Under the pieces are notes generated by a model that did not search any database, was not told the DNA's origin, and saw only the letters and a program-made list of their open reading frames with translations. From an uncultured Candidatus Saccharimonadales bacterium (GTDB taxonomy: Bacteria; Patescibacteriota; Saccharimonadia; UBA4664): DNA of 64,000 bases. Position numbers and translations under genes: made by a program. Location: assembly GCA_964467655.1 (NCBI GenBank), contig CAYXSN010000004.1, forward strand, positions 19,906-83,905, given 5' to 3'. Below are positions 28,801 to 37,307 of this stretch, piece after piece (position 1 is the first letter of the stretch; the number at the start of each line of letters is the position of its first letter).

Positions 28801-29021
28801 TCGCAAACTACCGACAGGCTAGAACGTAGCTGTCGCTGTCTCGTTGATAACGATGTAGTTTGATTGAATCATGTTCTAATTATAACACGCTTGTGGTTGA
28901 TGGTCAATTTTTACCAGTTTCGGTTACTAGCTGGTAATACCCTCAGGCGGCTTTACCTGGAACGAGCGATACCAAACCGCCAGCCCATCTCTGATACGGT
29001 TCCAATTCGCGATATGGTAGT

Positions 29022-29041
29022 CTACCAATGCACTTATGCTT
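29022..29041. repeat. direct repeat of the tRNA-Glu 3' end and flank (ctaccaatgcacttatgctt), copy c
   Basis: Matches 26575..26594 (ctaccattgcacttatgctt) and 29708..29727 (ctaccaatacacttatgctt). Confidence 0.75.
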
Positions 29042-29053
29042 AAATGAGAAGCT

Positions 29054-29632
29054 TTAACCGGCTTCTTTTTTAGTGCCCAAATATTTAGCCACTACGACAA
29101 CGGCATTCATCAAGAAAACATAGGCCGGATAGACGAGTAGGATAAACGAGTAGGCCGGAACTGCCACCATGCTGAATAATCCTGCTATCCCCGCCAGCAC
29201 CCACTGTAGGTACACTTCAGTGTCGGGCTGCCGGTAGGCCTTGATTACGGTCGGCAAGGCACCAACTCCGTCAATCGCAACAGCAATGAGTGTAGAATAA
29301 TACGTATCTTGAGAGAATATCCAGTAAGTAAAGAGTAACGCTGCTACCCCGAGAATGATCTGATCAAACCTGGAGCTGCCACCTACTCCTTTGCGCATCG
29401 ATATAATAAAAACGAGCAGAACTAGAGCCGTAGTGCTGCCGAAGAAAAGTGACGACCACCCGCCCCCATTCATAACTTGGTTAACGAACGCGACTAACGT
29501 CAGGATTGACCAAATACCCCACGTAATGCGTTGGGGTTTTACTTTACCCTCGAATATGCCGCGGATGTAGGGGACGTAGCCAATAAAGTTAAGGATTAGG
29601 GCAGTGAAGCCGAAGAATAGTGCTTTGTCCAT
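29054..29632 (-). CDS. integral membrane protein (about 6 TM), hypothetical
   Basis: 192 aa and strongly hydrophobic. It has its own promoter module P2. Confidence 0.55.
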   Translation of the reverse strand: MDKALFFGFTALILNFIGYVPYIRGIFEGKVKPQRITWGIWSILTLVAFVNQVMNGGGWSSLFFGSTTALVLLVFIISMRKGVGGSSRFDQIILGVAALLFTYWIFSQDTYYSTLIAVAIDGVGALPTVIKAYRQPDTEVYLQWVLAGIAGLFSMVAVPAYSFILLVYPAYVFLMNAVVVVAKYLGTKKEAG

Positions 29633-29635
29633 GGG

Positions 29636-29702
29636 GTGATTATAGCCTTAGTCGCCACCATCTGACAACCTCAGTGGCCACTTCGTTCCCAAATGCAGGC
29701 TG
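29636..29702 (-). promoter_or_regulatory. promoter module P2 (minus strand: TTGTCA-N18-TATAAT), near-duplicate of P1
   Basis: Plus-strand attata at 29638..29643 and tgacaa at 29663..29668. The -10 lies 8 nt upstream of the ATG, so the transcript is nearly leaderless. Confidence 0.6.
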
Positions 29703-29707
29703 CAGTG

Positions 29708-29812
29708 CTACCAATACACTTATGCTTATTATAGGACATCGTAAATTCTAGAATAGAATTATCCGAGCTTTGGTAGGCGCACAAAAAGACCCCGAAAGGG
29801 GCCTTTTTGTTT
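29708..29812. repeat. duplicate of the tRNA-Glu 3' end plus downstream flank and terminator (copy b)
   Basis: ctaccaatacacttatgctt ... atccgagctttggtaggcgcacaaaaagaccccgaaaggggcctttttgtt, compared with 26575..26678. Confidence 0.8.
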
Positions 29813-29853
29813 GCTTTCCATTTTGAGACATTGCGATCTGTCTTTTGCCCTAT

Positions 29854-31330
29854 CTATGGATTGGGGTTGGGTATGGATGCATTTTTTGTGCTATCCCAGC
29901 ATTCCGGAAGGATTTCTTTTGTGAAGGCATACTTATTCACATCCGCGCAATTTGGTTCCTGCTGAAGCACCATCGCGAGCTGCCATTGTCCGTTTACTTT
30001 CGCGTAATGAGCGGCGGCCCCGGTTTGGCAGCCCTGGCCGACCGCAGCGAATTGGTCGCGAATAACTTTTGAGATGATGAACGTAGCGTCGGCCCCGGTA
30101 GCCGCGCATCCGGCATACACTTTGTCGTATTCGCCCTTGATATAGGTCTGGAAGTCGGCGGGCGCAGATGAAAGGCCCAAGATATGCTCGTACTTGTCTT
30201 CAGCCTGTGCGGCCGAAAGCGCGAAACCGCCCCGCATTGTAAGGGTACCCACGGGCGTCCCGATTTGACCATATTTTGCCTTTATGGCGCCCGTCTTTGA
30301 GTCTACGAAATCAATCTCGAATTCGTGCTGGTATATAAGTGTCCGGTCGTCAAACTGAGTAACATATTCATCTGAGCTGAATCTTGGTACCGGAATTGTA
30401 CTAGGCCTGGCGTTCTGGCCAATCTTGTCCCCAGGATATGAGAGTATATTCGCCTGGTTTGATGCCTGGTTGATGAAATAGAATGTGTTGCTCGACTGGC
30501 TGAAAGAGACGTAATCGGATGATTGTACCAAGCCGGGTGCGGAAAACTCGGATAGTGTTTTGACGTTACTACCGTCGGCGTTCATTATCATCGGGTGTTC
30601 CGAGACGCCATTGTTTTGGCCGGGTGTGTTTTGCGTGTACGCCCAATAAACAACACGCCCATCCGCAAGCTCGGCCGGGCGTTGATTTTCGTTTGTTTTG
30701 GTGAGCTGAGTGAGTGTATCTGTTGCTAGTGTATAGCGAAAGATTTGCCGGTCAGGTGATTGGTACACCGGCTGCGGCATTATGGTAAGCAGCACGCTTT
30801 TCCCGTCATGCGACCAGGCGTTGCCCCCGTCAGGCCATGAGGGTCCGTTCGCTGTAGCCCCGGTAGGCAGCTTAATCTCTTTTGTGACCTTAAGGTATTT
30901 ATTCAATATCCACAGCGAATTTTGCGTGTTGTCCTTACTCGCTACGGCAAGGAACTGACTGCCGTCTGGGCTTGGAATCATTGTTTTGATTACTTTGCCA
31001 TTGGTTGTTGGCAAGTCATACCGAACTCGGCTGCCTGCTTGATTGATACAGACGAGCTTTGAGAGCCGCACAAAGCAGTAATTTGGCGGGAATTGCTTGC
31101 TAGCCTTTGACGCCAGCTGGGAACTCACATCGGTCTGCTGTGGGCGCTGCTGAAGGTAGATAGCGTAGCCGGCAACCGCGACCATAACAAGCGCGAGAAT
31201 CGATGTTAGTACTAGAGTACCCCGCCTCGATCTATTTGGCTTAGGGCTTTCTTCTGGTGCAATATCGATAGCATCGTTGGCGGTGTTATCGACTTCTGGA
31301 ACCTGTGATGATTTGAGTTCTTGTTTCATT
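29854..31330 (-). CDS. membrane-anchored periplasmic/extracellular protein with a TolB-like beta-propeller domain, hypothetical
   Basis: ATG 31330 (MKQELKSS). One TM helix. WD40-like beta-propeller motifs (SPDGSQFLAVASKDN; WSHDGKSVLL). Visibly lower GC than the flanks. Confidence 0.5.
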
Positions 31331-31532
31331 TTATGGATTTGGGTTGATTTAATCTTAGGCCATTTTGTAGTCTTTGCAAAACCAGAAATCCGTCGGGCTT
31401 TCCGGCTGCTATCATACACCTCGTAGACCGTAACGCCGATGCCTCAACGTATGGCTTCCGGATGAACATCGGTTCCGTTGATAATTTTATAAAATTACCT
31501 TATACTAGGGAGTCGCTAAGGGAGAAACTAAA

Positions 31533-31718
31533 GTGATTTCTCGAATATTTCGCAAACTCATGCCTGCCGCTACTTCGGCAAATTCAAACGAACATTTCTA
31601 CCAACTGAAAGCCAAAGATCAGAAGCGTCTTATTGAAGATGCTGTTCGCAAGTCGAACACTGAGCAGAAGGAACTACTAGACGAGTACACCGCCCAGGGG
31701 CACCCCCGGACGACGTAG
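31533..31718 (+). CDS. small protein, hypothetical
   Basis: 61 aa. GTG start after a gggag RBS. Terminator hairpin at 31743..31766. Confidence 0.35.
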   Translation: MISRIFRKLMPAATSANSNEHFYQLKAKDQKRLIEDAVRKSNTEQKELLDEYTAQGHPRTT

Positions 31719-31785
31719 CTTACTTTGTGCGAGCAAGTATACCCCGATTTCTCGGGAGTCTTTTGTCCACTTACCCGCCAGCTGC

Positions 31786-32340
31786 CTACCCAACTGATGG
31801 CCAATCTTTGGTTGGGGTCAGATTGAAATACGGCCCCCTGAGTTCAGGGTAGGCGTCCAGTAAGTTCATGATGTTACCCTGCATGGCGAGGGCTTGGTCG
31901 GCTATTGCCTGGGGGTTGTGGTGCCGGCCTTCATGCAAGATGGTGTCGCCGATCATTCTGCCGTGGGCGCAGATGTTGCGGCAGCGCACCCAGTCCTCAA
32001 ACTGCTTCCGGCTGCCCTTGGCCACCCGGGCTGGATCGACCCGCGACAGCACCTTAAAGAGGATGTCGATTTTGGTATTGAGCGAGACGAAACGGTTATC
32101 GAGTATGTCGAACATGAAGGCCAAATAGGAGTTTTGGTAGCCGCCGTCCGGACACCGGGTGTAGTACTCGGCGATATAGGCGTTGATGATGCCTTCGACC
32201 AGGGTGGCCTGGGTAATTACCCGGGCGATGGCGATGTGCGCTGCGACGAGTTGAGTGGTAAAGGGATCAGGTTCCAAGATGGGGCCGCTTCTTGAATACA
32301 GCGAACCAGAACCGTTTTGCGGGGGTTTTGGGATGCTCAT
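31786..32340 (-). CDS. HEPN-like protein (Rx4HG motif: RCRNICAHG)
   Basis: ATG 32340 (MSIPKPP) would overlap the 3' end of the upstream methyltransferase gene by 73 nt. A later start is possible. Low GC. Confidence 0.45.
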   Translation of the reverse strand: MSIPKPPQNGSGSLYSRSGPILEPDPFTTQLVAAHIAIARVITQATLVEGIINAYIAEYYTRCPDGGYQNSYLAFMFDILDNRFVSLNTKIDILFKVLSRVDPARVAKGSRKQFEDWVRCRNICAHGRMIGDTILHEGRHHNPQAIADQALAMQGNIMNLLDAYPELRGPYFNLTPTKDWPSVG

Positions 32341-32923
32341 TTTCAAAAATGTCCACCAGGTTAAAACCTTCACCCAACAGCTCGGTGAGCTGGTTGCGCG
32401 TAAAGAAGTGCGTGAAGACCGTGCTATCTTCGCCCCGGTATGAGCTGGCCGCACTGAAGGCTTTGATGCGCATGAGCCCGCCCGGTTTGAGGACGCGCGT
32501 CACGTTCTTCTGATAGCGCGTCCAATCGTGGGGTTCAATGTGGTGCAGGCAACCGTCATCGTTGACAACGTCAAACGATGCATCTGGATATGGCAACTCC
32601 AAGACGTTCCCGACCCGGAAGTCAATCGTCTTTCCTGGGAGCGAGGCTTGTGCATTATGAATGGCTTGATGGATGGCTGATTCGGCGAAATCGATGCCCG
32701 ATGTTTGGAAGCCACACTGCGCTAGGGCGATGGTGTATCGGCCGCCGCCGCAGCCCAGGTCAAGGGCCGTGCCGGTGACGTGATTTTGGCGCAGGTAAGC
32801 GGTGAACTTGGCGAAATCCGGCGCTGGGACGGTTGTCTTCCAGCCGGTGTCGCCAAGCTCGGTGGCCAGCTGCACGCCCGACCACTCGTTTTCGTACAGG
32901 TCGCGCTGGTGGTTGCTGCTCAT
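32267..32923 (-). CDS. class I SAM-dependent methyltransferase (TehB/TPMT-like)
   Basis: 218 aa. Motif I LDLGCGGGR, followed by an acidic motif II and motif III. Confidence 0.7.
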   Translation of the reverse strand: MSSNHQRDLYENEWSGVQLATELGDTGWKTTVPAPDFAKFTAYLRQNHVTGTALDLGCGGGRYTIALAQCGFQTSGIDFAESAIHQAIHNAQASLPGKTIDFRVGNVLELPYPDASFDVVNDDGCLHHIEPHDWTRYQKNVTRVLKPGGLMRIKAFSAASSYRGEDSTVFTHFFTRNQLTELLGEGFNLVDIFENEHPKTPAKRFWFAVFKKRPHLGT

Positions 32924-32953
32924 GGCAAGATTATACCCCAGATTGGCTGGGTG

Positions 32954-33232
32954 CTAGCGATCGAACTCTGTCAGCTCGGTAATCTCGTTGCTGGCCACCA
33001 TGATGGTGGGGCCGGGCTGGCCGGTGGAGGCTTGCGTCACCACGATGTGGGTCTGCGATTCGAAAATTGCCAAAATAGTGTAGCGCGGGTGGGCTGGATG
33101 GGCCGCTCCCACCTCGATCGCTACGATCCGCTTATCGTGAACATACTTCAAACTGCGGATGCGCTTGGGCGTGATGGCAGTCCGCAATTGTTCACGAGCA
33201 GTTTTGCTGAGCAGCTCAGGCCAATGATGCAC
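32954..33232 (-). CDS. small hypothetical protein
   Basis: 92 aa. GTG start that overlaps the stop of the response-regulator gene by 1 nt. Confidence 0.3.
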   Translation of the reverse strand: MHHWPELLSKTAREQLRTAITPKRIRSLKYVHDKRIVAIEVGAAHPAHPRYTILAIFESQTHIVVTQASTGQPGPTIMVASNEITELTEFDR

Positions 33233-33669
33233 TAGGCGGCGGTTTTGTCCGCGGGAGCGATGCCGAGCTTTTGCTGGATCATATCGAGTACTTCGCGCGG
33301 CGTGTAATCAGCCTTCACCAAGTAGTCGGCGCCGTAGCTTTGGGCTGTTTTCTTGTCATCGGGGTTTGATGAGTTGGTCAGCACCATGACAGGCATGGTC
33401 GAAAAATCGAAGTTGTCGCCAGCAAGCGCGCCGAGTAACTCAAGGCCTGTGAGCTCAGGCATGTTGATATCTAGCAATAGTAGATTGGGCGCACTCGTCT
33501 TGATAGCCTCGTAGGCGTCGCGGCCATTGGCTTTGACGACCACCCGTAAGCCGGCACTTTCGAGTTTGATTTGGTACATGCGCGAGATAAACGGATCATC
33601 CTCGGCGACGAGTACTGCTTTGCGGTTATCGCTGGGAGCGCTGGGATTGAGATTTGGTTGGACGGCCAT
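33232..33669 (-). CDS. single-domain response regulator (CheY-like receiver)
   Basis: ATG 33669 with a strong RBS AGGAGGAAATC. Receiver motifs VLVAEDD, LLLLDINMP, MVLT, K. Confidence 0.8.
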   Translation of the reverse strand: MAVQPNLNPSAPSDNRKAVLVAEDDPFISRMYQIKLESAGLRVVVKANGRDAYEAIKTSAPNLLLLDINMPELTGLELLGALAGDNFDFSTMPVMVLTNSSNPDDKKTAQSYGADYLVKADYTPREVLDMIQQKLGIAPADKTAA

Positions 33670-35809
33670 GATTTCCTCCTTGCTTGATGGGCTTGGCTGC
33701 GGTAGCGGGTAAATCAAACCCAAAGATTGACCCTTTGCCTTCAGTGCTGCTAAAGATGAGGGTTCCTCCTTGATCTTCTACCACTCGCTTCGCTAAGTAA
33801 AGTCCCAATCCTGTACCATCTGGTCGGACACCTTGGGCGTTCTCGGCCCGAAAGAACTTGCTAAACAGCTTGGCCTGAGCGGTCCGAGGAACCCCAATGC
33901 CAGTGTCGTGCACTTCAAAGTGAACCGACTTGGGCGTACGGCTCAGCAGCACTCGCACTTCACCGCTGGGAGTGTAGAAGATGGCGTTATCAATAAAGTT
34001 CATGATCACTTGGCGGGTTTTGTTGTCATCGACATTGATGAGTGGCCATGGCTCGGCCGGCGGCTCGAAGATGAGTGAGAGTTTTTTGGTCTCGGCATGC
34101 GAGCGCAACTGGCGCACTTCATCGCCCACCATCTTGACGAAGTCGGTGGGAGTGGGCTGGATGATAAATCGTCCCGCCGATAGCCGCGAGACGTTGAGTA
34201 AGTCAGAAATGAGATTAACCATGCGCTGGCTGGCATCAAAACCGTAGCCAACGAATTGGCTCTGCATGGGCGAGAGCTTGCCGGCATCACCCTCCTGGAG
34301 CATCGACAAATACCCCTTGATGGTCGTCAACGGCGTGCGTAACTGGTGGGAGGCCATGGAGATGAATTCATCCTTTGCCTGGTCAAGTTCTTTGAGGTGA
34401 CGATTGGCCACCCGCAGGCGCTTGGTAGCGTGCTCTACCCGACCCTGCAGGGTGACGTTGAATTCCTTGATTTCAGCGAAAGCTTTGGCGTTTTGCAAGG
34501 CAACCGCTAGTTGACGACTCATGATTTCGAGAACTTTGATATCTTGGTCAGAATAGACGTCACCTGACAGCTTGTCGCCAATGAGTAAGTAACCGATAAA
34601 ATCTTCGCTGGTCCGCAACATCGTACTGACACGCAGGTCGTGATGCTCGAGGATTTCCTTGCGCTTGCCACCTTCCAATTCGTCGGCAATGATCATCGAC
34701 TGATTGAGCTGGATGAGTTCGGGTGCCACCATGAGCCGTTTGGGGAGCACGCCATAGTGTTCTACGCGGTAGACCCGGTCGTGATTGAACACGACGATCT
34801 GGGCATAAGCGATGTGCATTGACTCACACAACGTGGTGAGCGAGCGCTTGAGCAGCCGATCCAGGTCAATCTCGCTGACGAGAATCTTCGAGAACGCGTT
34901 GAGAACTTCTTGGGAGTCGTAATGCTGGCGATAAAAAACGCTGTTTGTTAGTCGTTCGAACACCCGACGGAGTGGCTGAAATGCAAATAATGAGATGACG
35001 GCCATTAGGCTGTATGGCCAGCTAGCATCGGCGGCTGATGTGCCCTCCTGAAACACATACCTTGAGCTGGCAATAAAAAGTACCCCAAAACTCAAAGCCA
35101 AAGTGCCCAACAGCATTACATACATCACCGTCCGGGCAATCACTGCCCGAATGTCAAAGAGCCGGGTTTTGATGACGGCATAGGCAATCGACACTAGATA
35201 AACGAGTGTAAATATCGGGCCAAGATAGACGTATTTATAGTTGCCAAATATGACCGGCAGTATCAGATTAAACAGTAGTCCCATTACAACCGCCACCGAC
35301 ATACCAAGCAGGATGAGTTGTATCTGGAGTTTCTGTATGCCCCTGAGCTTAAAAAGTGATCGGAAGAGCGACATCAAGCCGATACTGAACAGCACTGCTA
35401 ATACAATGCCAAATATGCGCACTCCTGATACGGTAATAATTTCACGGTTGTTTGTCACACCCGTTGCACACATGCCAGGAATAGCAGCGATGATAGAGAA
35501 TGCTATCCCGGCTACTACGATTATCTTGTCGGGCACGACTCGAATTCGGGAAAATGAAGCGTTAAACAGCGCAAAGAAAGTGGCTGTCAGCATGGCGCCC
35601 GTATAGCTGATTAATGCCGTGGCAAATGTGTACTCAATTGGTACAATCCGAAATAAGCCATTTGTAAATGTCCATGTAGCTACTCCAACGGTCAGGCCAA
35701 GGTAATAACGAAATGTGGTGCTTTTCGTATTTCTCAGAAAGATCGATAGGCCCAAAATAAGGTTGGAGGCCGCGGCGATGAATAATAATACACTCGGCAG
35801 GTCTACCAT
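33626..35809 (-). CDS. sensor histidine kinase (multi-TM N-terminal sensor, HisKA H-box, HATPase_c)
   Basis: 727 aa. About 8 N-terminal TM helices. H-box SHQLRTPLT. N/G boxes (NAIFYT, HDTGIGVP, GTGLGLYLAK). Confidence 0.85.
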   Translation of the reverse strand: MVDLPSVLLFIAAASNLILGLSIFLRNTKSTTFRYYLGLTVGVATWTFTNGLFRIVPIEYTFATALISYTGAMLTATFFALFNASFSRIRVVPDKIIVVAGIAFSIIAAIPGMCATGVTNNREIITVSGVRIFGIVLAVLFSIGLMSLFRSLFKLRGIQKLQIQLILLGMSVAVVMGLLFNLILPVIFGNYKYVYLGPIFTLVYLVSIAYAVIKTRLFDIRAVIARTVMYVMLLGTLALSFGVLFIASSRYVFQEGTSAADASWPYSLMAVISLFAFQPLRRVFERLTNSVFYRQHYDSQEVLNAFSKILVSEIDLDRLLKRSLTTLCESMHIAYAQIVVFNHDRVYRVEHYGVLPKRLMVAPELIQLNQSMIIADELEGGKRKEILEHHDLRVSTMLRTSEDFIGYLLIGDKLSGDVYSDQDIKVLEIMSRQLAVALQNAKAFAEIKEFNVTLQGRVEHATKRLRVANRHLKELDQAKDEFISMASHQLRTPLTTIKGYLSMLQEGDAGKLSPMQSQFVGYGFDASQRMVNLISDLLNVSRLSAGRFIIQPTPTDFVKMVGDEVRQLRSHAETKKLSLIFEPPAEPWPLINVDDNKTRQVIMNFIDNAIFYTPSGEVRVLLSRTPKSVHFEVHDTGIGVPRTAQAKLFSKFFRAENAQGVRPDGTGLGLYLAKRVVEDQGGTLIFSSTEGKGSIFGFDLPATAAKPIKQGGNHGRPTKSQSQRSQR

Positions 35810-35828
35810 ATGGTATATTGTATTATTC

Positions 35829-36521
35829 TTATGGTTTGATTAATAGCCGTTTTGTGCGGTTGAACTTGATATAACGCATTGGGGCCAAAAGACGAAGCCG
35901 GGCCCGAGCAGTTGGCAGATGGATCATTGCCAGATGTGTCGTTTTACCATCGGGCGTAGTGCCACGACCAATTTCCTTAACAGGCAATAATAGCTGGAAC
36001 CGAAGGCCTTTCAAGAGAATGGGTGTGGTCACGAAATACCATGTGGTAAGCATTGGCTGAGCCAGTTCGGAACGGCCATAGACGAGCCGATATAGATTCA
36101 CCAGGACGGTTTTGAGTCTGCGTTTGTCTTTGCCGATCCACTCCATATCAATAATTAACCTAGAGATATCGGCAGCATTGTGGCGCGGATAATCATGTCC
36201 GTCATGTAGTAGATTGCTAAAGTATTTGCGGCTCATGGTGCTCGACGGAGCATTATCTGGTGTAAGCCGACAGTAACCAACAAGGACCGATTCACTGAAC
36301 ACGCCAAAATGATATGAGTATGTATCAAACTCATCTGATTCTGTGCGAGTGATCGGATCACCACTAACCCAGTGCATTTTTTGCACACAAATCTTATAAC
36401 GAAAGTTATAAGCCGCAACCAGGTCCTGATATGAGCTTAATTCCCGATATACGAGCTGACCCTTGGTGAAACCAATAGTGTCTGCGGTGGCGTCTAGGGC
36501 GCCTAAGGGTACGCTTGGCAT
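35829..36521 (-). CDS. GNAT-like N-acyltransferase of the acyl-homoserine-lactone-synthase/OlsB superfamily (putative aminolipid N-acyltransferase)
   Basis: Start chosen at ATG 36521. Motif FRYKICVQKMHWV (compare R..VF....GW in LuxI/OlsB-type). Divergent to a PlsC-like gene. Confidence 0.5.
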   Translation of the reverse strand: MPSVPLGALDATADTIGFTKGQLVYRELSSYQDLVAAYNFRYKICVQKMHWVSGDPITRTESDEFDTYSYHFGVFSESVLVGYCRLTPDNAPSSTMSRKYFSNLLHDGHDYPRHNAADISRLIIDMEWIGKDKRRLKTVLVNLYRLVYGRSELAQPMLTTWYFVTTPILLKGLRFQLLLPVKEIGRGTTPDGKTTHLAMIHLPTARARLRLLAPMRYIKFNRTKRLLIKP

Positions 36522-36583
36522 TGACTGTATATTGACACCTGGACAATTATGTGTCAACATGTTCTTGGATTATTTTACCCTAT

Positions 36584-37249
36584 ATGCAAGCGCTCGACAC
36601 AGTCATTACGGAATCGCGCAGGAGCTGGCTAGACAACAAAAACTCGCAGCGCATCATTTTTGCGTGGCAACGAGTTATCTTTTGGACATTTTATACGCTT
36701 GGCCCCATTTGGCGGCGCAGCTTGGTGAATGAGCTGACCGAGGCTGATGTCGTGCATGGCACCCGTTATGTGGTGGCCGGTAATCATCAACGGGCCATTG
36801 ATCCGTTTTATATCTGTACTCAAATTCCCTACCGTATTTGGCGGCATATGGGTACGCTCAACTACTTTACGGCTAATAAATTTATGGACACACCGGTAGT
36901 CGGTAAAGCCTTGCTGCGTTTTGGCTGCTTTCCGGCCAAGGTTCATCACAAATACCCATTTGGACTCGACTATGCCCACCGGATGCTAGCTCGTGGTAAT
37001 ACCATCCTGATCTTTCCCGAGGGTCGGCGGACGCGTCCTGGCGAAACTCCTGCCCGTAAGGGCGTTCAAGTGCTGGCGCACGAGCCGAATGTCATGGTGA
37101 TCCCAGCACACATAGAATGGACGAAGCGCTGGTTTGGCTATACGTTTAAACTGGGTATTGGCAAGCCATTTGATGCGAGTAGTCTGTCGGCACAAGAAAT
37201 CCTGGATCGGGTATATGCGCAACCTGTTGAAGTTGTTGATCAGAACTGA
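36584..37249 (+). CDS. PlsC-family lysolipid acyltransferase (OlsA-like)
   Basis: HX4D motif NHQRAID and FPEGRRTRPGE (FPEGTR-like). Start ATG 36584; the listed ORF begins at 36551. Confidence 0.7.
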   Translation: MQALDTVITESRRSWLDNKNSQRIIFAWQRVIFWTFYTLGPIWRRSLVNELTEADVVHGTRYVVAGNHQRAIDPFYICTQIPYRIWRHMGTLNYFTANKFMDTPVVGKALLRFGCFPAKVHHKYPFGLDYAHRMLARGNTILIFPEGRRTRPGETPARKGVQVLAHEPNVMVIPAHIEWTKRWFGYTFKLGIGKPFDASSLSAQEILDRVYAQPVEVVDQN

Positions 37250-37307
37250 CGCTTTTTCTTGCCTTTTTCGGCAGCATCGGGTACACTTTCTTGACGGGTT
37301 ATCCTAA

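Noticed and set aside
28700-29050. T-box riboswitch in the leader of the ThrRS-like gene
   Set aside because: A leader terminator exists, but the conserved T-box sequence (AGGGTGGNACCGCG) and a specifier-loop architecture are not visible. I call it only a generic attenuator candidate.
29041-29065. Apparent hairpin plus T-run (gaagctttaaccggcttctttttt) read as a terminator
   Set aside because: It lies inside the 3' coding end of the 29054..29632 gene, encoding ...GTKKEAG*. It is not a terminator.
26581-31420. Search for an integrase, recombinase or transposase within the tRNA-Glu island
   Set aside because: None of the ORFs in 26.6-31.4 kb shows tyrosine or serine recombinase or DDE motifs. 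The island is therefore described as integrase-less.
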